Shown piece after piece: positions 5,218 to 9,562 of a stretch of DNA of 9,562 nt (positions are counted from its first letter, which is position 1; each line of letters begins with the position of its first letter). The DNA lies in contig MESD01000042.1 of NCBI GenBank assembly GCA_001770815.1, forward strand, positions 35,411 through 44,972, in the 5' to 3' direction. Made by a program: the position numbers and the translations under genes. The notes beneath the pieces are model-generated. The model was not told the DNA's origin. It made no database searches and saw only the letters and a program-made list of their open reading frames with translations. The stretch is from Burkholderiales bacterium RIFCSPHIGHO2_12_FULL_69_20 (GTDB lineage: Bacteria > Pseudomonadota > Gammaproteobacteria > Burkholderiales > Burkholderiaceae_C).

Positions 5218-6153
5218 TTACTTCTTCTTGGCTGCGTTGAGTGCTTTAGCAGCGATGTCAAAGTTGCTCTTGGCGAGCTTGACAACATGTTCCAGTGCGG
5301 AATGATCGTCCTTGGGTCTTGCAGCTTTGGCCGTCACAAGTTGTTCTTGTGCGACTGCCACAGCCATTTCAGCATTGACCTTTGCGGTTGTCAGCGCCAG
5401 CCGTTGGATCTTGATCTTCGGATCAACAGTAACCTTGGCTGCTTTCTCAGCTGCATTCTTGTTCCGTAAGTAGTCCACCAGTAGCTTGTCGCGCTGATCG
5501 TCGGAGAGAGGAATCTCCTTCAGCGTTGCTTCGTCGCCCTCGCCACGGATGGCAATCAGAATGCGATATTCTTGCTTGCCAATCCATTCAAACTCATCGA
5601 CTTCGGCAAGCGGCTCGCCGCTGTTTTCAAGCATTGAGACTGCATCGGACGGCTTGAGAGCAACGGTGGTAGATGCGCCCTTGGCGCGCGTGGGATCCTT
5701 AAACCCCGACAGAGCACCATCCTGAGCGTGCACAGCAGCAACGAACTCACCGACAGTCGTAGGCCGGTTAGGAAGCGCATATGCACCACGCACAGCCCTG
5801 GCCCAAATGCTGACTTGCTTGTCGTCAGCGTGGAAGACATAGCGAACGAGCGCATTGCTCAACTTTGCCGTCTTGGACATTTCCACTGGCGTCTGCAGTT
5901 CCTTCAGCTTTGCCAGAAGCTGGTCGCGGAACGAGCTCTCCTTGTCTTGCTGCATCACCGAGTAGTAGATCGCGTAGACCTCACCGATCAGTGAATACAA
6001 ACGATCACGGCCGCCGATTTCGATCTGTCTGTAATAGTCGCCAGCATCGGCGCGAAGCTTGACAACTTTGTCCATATGCTTCGACAGCTTGACCACCTTC
6101 GGCGACGCTGCATTTGCAACTGCATCGCTTTCGACTGCATTGTTTGCACCCAT
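5218..6153 (-). CDS. Unknown 311-aa protein with an Ala/Lys-rich helical C-terminus
   Basis: Long ORF with ATG at 6153 and an AAGGG SD about 8 nt upstream. No recognisable catalytic motif. The C-terminal 80 aa or so (…AEKAAKVTVDPKIKIQRLALTTAKVNAEMAVAVAQEQLVTAKAA…AAKALNAAKKK) looks coiled-coil-like. Confidence 0.7.
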   Translation of the reverse strand: MGANNAVESDAVANAASPKVVKLSKHMDKVVKLRADAGDYYRQIEIGGRDRLYSLIGEVYAIYYSVMQQDKESSFRDQLLAKLKELQTPVEMSKTAKLSNALVRYVFHADDKQVSIWARAVRGAYALPNRPTTVGEFVAAVHAQDGALSGFKDPTRAKGASTTVALKPSDAVSMLENSGEPLAEVDEFEWIGKQEYRILIAIRGEGDEATLKEIPLSDDQRDKLLVDYLRNKNAAEKAAKVTVDPKIKIQRLALTTAKVNAEMAVAVAQEQLVTAKAARPKDDHSALEHVVKLAKSNFDIAAKALNAAKKK

Positions 6154-6203
6154 CTTTTTGCCCTTATTAGTGTCAACGCCTCACACGCAAAGGCACAAAG
6201 AGA

Positions 6204-6241
6204 AATGGCGTGTAGCCCTGTATTTCGGGCGACACGCCATT
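6204..6241 (-). terminator. Long hairpin between the integrase stop and the 311-aa gene; possible integrase terminator or attenuator
   Basis: AATGGCGTGT (6204-6213) pairs perfectly with ACACGCCATT (6232-6241). The inner pairing GCCC/GGGC extends the stem. T-rich sequence follows on both strands (minus strand: TTTCTCTTTG). Confidence 0.4.
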
Positions 6242-6303
6242 GTTCTTTACAATACACAGTGTGTACTACCGCACACACCATGGTTGCATTTGCTTAAGGA
6301 AAA

Positions 6304-7368
6304 TCAATCTGCATCAATGAGTCTTGCTGCCTTCGACATCACTTCACTTTTGATGACATGAGCGTAGACCATCGTGCTTTGGATTGACTTGTGACCCAAG
6401 TATTCCTTCACTTCCAGTAGCCCCATTCCAGCCTGCAGCAGGTGAACCGCCCTGGTGTGTCTAAGCGTATGTAACGACACCGAGCCTTGATCTTCATTCA
6501 ATGCAGCACGCTTGACAGCAGCAGCAACCCACTTGTTATTTGACTTGCCAACCTTCGATCCAAACACATAGTCACCAAACTCCATTGCGCGACGACGAGT
6601 AAAGATTTCACGCATCGTGTTGGTCATACCAATGGTGCCATCAATGCTGCCCTTGTTGCGCTTCATAAAGACTGTACCTGCATTGAAGTCAACTTGGTTC
6701 CACTTCATCTGTGAAATCTCTGTTAGTCGACCAGCACTGTCCAACAGCAACCTAACAAGGTCAAAGTTCTCCTGCTTCTGAGCAATGGTGACAACATCAA
6801 CACCAAGTGCAGGATCAAGTGCAGCAAGGAAACGAGCAAGTTCCTCTTTTGTAAGCCAACGAACCTTCCCACTGTCGTGCTTGATGGGAGTCATTTTCTT
6901 ACGGGTGGTATAGCCTTTTTCAGTGCAATACTTGAGCATTGCATTGAAGTAGGTGACTGATACCTTGAGTGTGCTTTCCTTGTAGCCTTCCTCACGCTTC
7001 TTGAAGACTACATCCTCCAACTGATGGTCGGTAATCTTGTCCAGCGTAAGGTTAGGCAGCATCTTGAAGTATCGAATGTGAATCTCGCAGTTCTGAGCAC
7101 TTGTCAGGTGCTTGCGAGACTTCACAAACAGATCGATTGCGTCATGCAGCTTGATTGGCTTTTTGTTGCCAAGCACGACTTCTTCGATTAGCTCGGCCTT
7201 CTTCTTCGCCAAGATGCGCTCAGCGTCACGACGAATGCCTGTGTGAGTGCTCTCCGCAATCATCACACCTTTGATCTGTGTTCGAATATGCCAAGTCTGG
7301 CCGCGCAGGATCAAGCCACCGTAGTTGGTTGGATGTCGTTCTGCCACTTGTTTCTCCTTCAGCGTCAT
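6304..7368 (-). CDS. int: Tyrosine recombinase / phage-type integrase
   Basis: The C-terminal catalytic signature …SLHTLRHTRAVHLLQAGMGLLEVKEYLGHKSIQSTMVYAHV… carries H-x-x-R, LGH and the nucleophile Tyr. A box-I-like AGRLTEISQMKW is also present. The ATG at 7368 lacks an SD. The in-frame GTG at 7347 follows AAGGAG by 6 nt and may be the true start. Confidence 0.93.
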   Translation of the reverse strand: MTLKEKQVAERHPTNYGGLILRGQTWHIRTQIKGVMIAESTHTGIRRDAERILAKKKAELIEEVVLGNKKPIKLHDAIDLFVKSRKHLTSAQNCEIHIRYFKMLPNLTLDKITDHQLEDVVFKKREEGYKESTLKVSVTYFNAMLKYCTEKGYTTRKKMTPIKHDSGKVRWLTKEELARFLAALDPALGVDVVTIAQKQENFDLVRLLLDSAGRLTEISQMKWNQVDFNAGTVFMKRNKGSIDGTIGMTNTMREIFTRRRAMEFGDYVFGSKVGKSNNKWVAAAVKRAALNEDQGSVSLHTLRHTRAVHLLQAGMGLLEVKEYLGHKSIQSTMVYAHVIKSEVMSKAARLIDAD

Positions 7369-7469
7369 ATCGGTAGCGTTGCGGTTGGACTAAAGCTGTA
7401 CATAAACACAGTGCTGTATAACCATACAAAAATGTTTTCCGTATGTCCCTGTGCAGCTTTTGTCACAGT

Positions 7470-7518
7470 CCCCGCTTTTATTGTTGCCCCGCTGTAATAC
7501 TTTTACGACCGCTGTTTT
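7470..7518. promoter_or_regulatory. Three direct CCGCT(G/T)T repeats upstream of int; candidate arm-type or accessory-factor binding sites
   Basis: CCCCGCTTTTA (7470-7480), CCCCGCTGTAA (7487-7497) and ACCGCTGTTTT (7508-7518), spaced 17 and 20 bp (cores at 7472, 7489, 7509). They lie between the int start and the att/tRNA fragment. The function is an inference. Confidence 0.3.
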
Positions 7519-7573
7519 GCTGGAAAAACGACCAATCTTGTGACACCAAAAGTTGGGTGTTGCCGCAACGAGA

Positions 7574-7618
7574 CAAGCACTCGCGTCAAGCGTTTTTTGC
7601 GCGATGCGTAAGTGCTTG
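7574..7618. repeat. Inverted repeat / hairpin next to the att region
   Basis: CAAGCACT (7574-7581) and AGTGCTTG (7611-7618) are perfect 8-bp inverted repeats. An inner TCGCG/CGCGA pairing and a T6 run lie between them. Confidence 0.5.
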
Positions 7619-7672
7619 CTGTGTATAGATTTTTTGTTCCGCGCAGGTTTATTCCCTGCTCCAAAGCAATGC

Positions 7673-7734
7673 AATGGATAGAACGGACCCCTCCTAAGGG
7701 TCAGATGTAGGTTCGATTCCTACTGGCCGCACCA
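7673..7734 (+). tRNA. 3' fragment of a tRNA-Arg(CCU) gene (D-loop to CCA); probable att repeat at the island junction, not an intact tRNA
   Basis: Anticodon arm GACCC-CTCCTAA-GGGTC gives anticodon CCT. T arm is GTAGG-TTCGATT-CCTAC. The acceptor 3' strand is TGGCCGC followed by A and CCA, ending at 7734. The required 5' acceptor strand GCGGCCA and the D-stem 5' strand are absent upstream (GCTCCAA pairs at only 4 of 7 positions; ATGC does not pair with GAAC). Confidence 0.7.
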
Positions 7735-7784
7735 GGCGCATCGGCCCTGTCGACCCTTTTGGCGCGCCGCTGCGGCGGCCGGTG

Positions 7785-8621
7785 TCAATAACCCGACAGG
7801 TCGGGCGCCGCAAAGTCCGACGGCCGGCCGTTGGCGTCGGGGTGACCGGTGTCGGTCAGGCGCCGCTGGGCGATGCGCTGCTTGTCGAGCATGCGGCTGA
7901 TGACGGCCGCTTCTTCACGCAACGAGAACGCAAACGGGTAGAGCGACCGCTCGCGCGAAGCCCGCTCGGGCTGCCCGCCGAATTCACCGATCTGCGCCTT
8001 GATGTACTCGAACTCCACACCCAGCAACACCGCCGGTGCATTGACCGACTTGTTCATCCGCTCGCCGGCCAGCACCTGGCAGCCCAGCATGCGCTCGTAG
8101 TAGCGCTCATGGCGCGGATTGACCTCGATGAGCAGCATGTCGTAGCCGCGAACCCGGTGCGCGACGATGTAGGCCACGTGGAACAACGCGGCCAGCACGC
8201 GCTTGGTGCCGACCGACGGATCGATGGCCAGCTTGGTGAACTCGCAGATCTTGCGGCCCTGGCGGCGCAACTCGCCCACTTCGGGACCGAAGGCGTCGTC
8301 CGCGCTCAGCTTGCTGAGCCCGTCGAACGACACGGTGATGGTGCCGATGGTGACGTCGGCTTCCACCGCCGTGAGGGTGAACTTGTGCACCGATTGGTCG
8401 GTCGGCAAGGTCACCTGCCCGTAGCCGCGCCAGGCGTAGCGGTCCTTGAGCAGGCTGTTGACGCGGCTGCGCCGGTCTTCGGACTCGGCCGTCTTGATCT
8501 TGAAACGACGCTGGCCGGCGGGCCCGTCGGGCAGCAGATCGATGCGGGGGTCTTGCACCAGCATGTGCCCGCCTGTGCCGCGCGCCAGCACCGATGCCGC
8601 GAAGATCGTGCTCGATTTCAT
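7785..8621 (-). CDS. GNAT-fold / FeeM-like N-acyltransferase (tentative)
   Basis: High-GC ORF. FKIKTAESEDRRSRVNSLLKDRYAWRGYG and ...ICEFTKLAIDP... match my recollection of N-acyl amino acid synthase (FeeM-type) proteins of the acyl-CoA N-acyltransferase fold. The start is ambiguous: ATG at 8621 (MKSST...) or 8564 (MLVQD...). The ORF-track start at 8729 runs into lower-GC sequence that looks intergenic. Confidence 0.55.
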   Translation of the reverse strand: MKSSTIFAASVLARGTGGHMLVQDPRIDLLPDGPAGQRRFKIKTAESEDRRSRVNSLLKDRYAWRGYGQVTLPTDQSVHKFTLTAVEADVTIGTITVSFDGLSKLSADDAFGPEVGELRRQGRKICEFTKLAIDPSVGTKRVLAALFHVAYIVAHRVRGYDMLLIEVNPRHERYYERMLGCQVLAGERMNKSVNAPAVLLGVEFEYIKAQIGEFGGQPERASRERSLYPFAFSLREEAAVISRMLDKQRIAQRRLTDTGHPDANGRPSDFAAPDLSGY

Positions 8622-8819
8622 GGGGACACCGGGTAAAGGGAAAAGCTGACCACTTCGACGCGAGACGACATTGAAACTGATGATACCCACCAAGGTGTGG
8701 CGCGAGCATGACGTCCGACCCGGGATCACAGGCTATTTCCGGCAACAAGCCGCTGCAAGCGCCTTTCGATGGGAAATACCCCTTGAATGAGGGGGCGAGC
8801 CATCCATGCGCCATGCCTG

Positions 8820-9562
8820 TCAGGCCGTTGCAGTGTGCGCCGGGATCATGGCTTCGAGCATGCTCAGGCAGTCGGCCTGGTGTAACGGTTTGTCGTGGCG
8901 GATTCTCAGCATGCGCGGAAACCGCAGCGCGATGCCGCTCTTGTGGCGCGGGCTGTGGGCGATGCCCTCGAAGCCCAGTTCGAAGACCAGCGTGGGCCGC
9001 AGGCTGCGCACCGGGCCGAACTTCTCCAGCGTGTTCGCGCGGATCACCGCGTCGACGGCCTTGAACTCGGCATCGGTCAGGCCCGAGTAGGCCTTGGCGA
9101 AGGTGACCAGCTGCAGCGTGCCGGGCTGGGCGGGCTCTCGCCGGGTGATGGCCTGCACCACCGCATCGGCTTCGTCGGCATCGGCGGGCGGGCGGCTCCA
9201 CACCGCAAAGGTGTAGTCGGTGTACAGGCCGGCACGGCGGCCATGGCCGGCCTGGGCATAGACGAGCACCGCATCCACGGTGCAGGGCTCGATCTTCCAC
9301 TTCCACCACACACCATCGGCCTTGGTGCGGCCGGTGCCGTAGGCCGAATCGCGCTGCTTGAGCATCAGGCCCTCGACCCCAAGCTCACGGCTGCGTCGGC
9401 GCTGTGCGGCCAGTTCGACCCAGCTGTCGGCCTGCAGCGCCGGCGACAGCCGCAACGGCCCGGCGGCCAGCAGTTGCTCGAGCCGGTGGCGACGCTGGTG
9501 CTGGGGCCATGTGCGCTGGTCCTGGCCGTTCACTTCCAGCAGGTCGTAAGCGATGAACTGCA
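8820..9562 (-). CDS. ATP-dependent DNA ligase, C-terminal part (5' end outside the window)
   Basis: …EGLMLKQRDSAYGTGRTKADGVWWKWKIEP…VFELGFEGIAHSPRHKSGIALRFPRMLRIRHDKP… matches the adenylation/OB-fold motifs of bacterial ATP-dependent ligases of the ligase-associated DNA damage response type. The frame stays open upstream of the track's start to the window edge (…QFIAYDLLEVNGQDQ…). Confidence 0.85.
   Translation of the reverse strand, partial: QFIAYDLLEVNGQDQRTWPQHQRRHRLEQLLAAGPLRLSPALQADSWVELAAQRRRSRELGVEGLMLKQRDSAYGTGRTKADGVWWKWKIEPCTVDAVLVYAQAGHGRRAGLYTDYTFAVWSRPPADADEADAVVQAITRREPAQPGTLQLVTFAKAYSGLTDAEFKAVDAVIRANTLEKFGPVRSLRPTLVFELGFEGIAHSPRHKSGIALRFPRMLRIRHDKPLHQADCLSMLEAMIPAHTATA

Larger units (their letters stand above)
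1..7734. mobile_element. Right-hand portion of an integrase-bearing genomic island inserted at a tRNA-Arg gene (left end outside the window)
   Basis: An integrase sits next to a tRNA 3' fragment. GC rises abruptly from about 40-58% to about 67% at roughly 7735. The cargo includes an H-NS-like gene and plasmid/ICE-type small genes. Confidence 0.8.

Noticed and set aside
7658-7734. An intact 77-nt tRNA-Arg gene.
   Set aside because: The candidate 5' acceptor strand GCTCCAA pairs with TGGCCGC at only 4 of 7 positions. The candidate D-stem strand ATGC does not pair with GAAC. Only the region from the D-loop onward is tRNA-like, so I call it a 3' fragment.
2431-8621. A functional link between the island PEP-CTERM protein and the neighbouring core acyltransferase, as a PEP-CTERM/exosortase-associated acyltransferase.
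   Set aside because: The 7785-8621 protein resembles FeeM-type N-acyl amino acid synthases rather than what I recall of the exosortase-associated acyltransferase family. The two genes lie on opposite sides of the island boundary, so their proximity is an accident of insertion.
7782-9309. Long ORFs in the high-GC region: 7782-8636 (plus strand, 284 aa), 8107-9309 (minus strand, 400 aa), and shorter ones such as 8708-9064 and 9077-9316.
   Set aside because: They overlap the acyltransferase and ligase genes in alternative frames or antisense. They are extremely Arg/Ala/Pro/Gly-rich. This is the usual stop-codon-poor artefact of DNA at about 67% GC. The ligase and acyltransferase frames carry recognisable motifs and these ORFs do not.

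Overview
The window covers the right-hand end of a horizontally acquired genomic island (about 1-7734) and its junction with high-GC core DNA. Hand counts on sample lines give 40-58% GC in the island, lowest in 3742-5159, and about 67% in the core, which looks Burkholderiales-like. The junction has a tyrosine integrase (6304-7368, minus strand). Next to it is a 62-nt 3' fragment of a tRNA-Arg(CCU) gene (7673-7734), which I read as the att repeat, and GC rises sharply directly after it. Island cargo from left to right: the C-terminal part of an H-NS-like silencer; an ORF-poor stretch of about 870 bp holding three exact copies of a 12-mer; three small conserved mobile-element genes of unknown function; a PEP-CTERM-sorted secreted protein; and a small coiled-coil ORF. 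A minus-strand gene string sits next to the integrase. It encodes an unknown 311-aa protein, then a strong terminator, then an unknown 333-aa protein translationally coupled (ATGA overlap) to a 139-aa protein. The 139-aa protein looks like the SAM-binding N-terminal half of a gamma-class N6-adenine methyltransferase and stops just before the catalytic (N/D)PP(Y/F) motif. This terminator-bracketed, low-GC, integrase-proximal 333-aa/139-aa pair is my best candidate for an undescribed system (defence or anti-defence), but I cannot assign a function from sequence alone. The core side carries a FeeM/GNAT-like N-acyltransferase and the 3' part of an ATP-dependent DNA ligase. I found no CRISPR array, rRNA or transposase.
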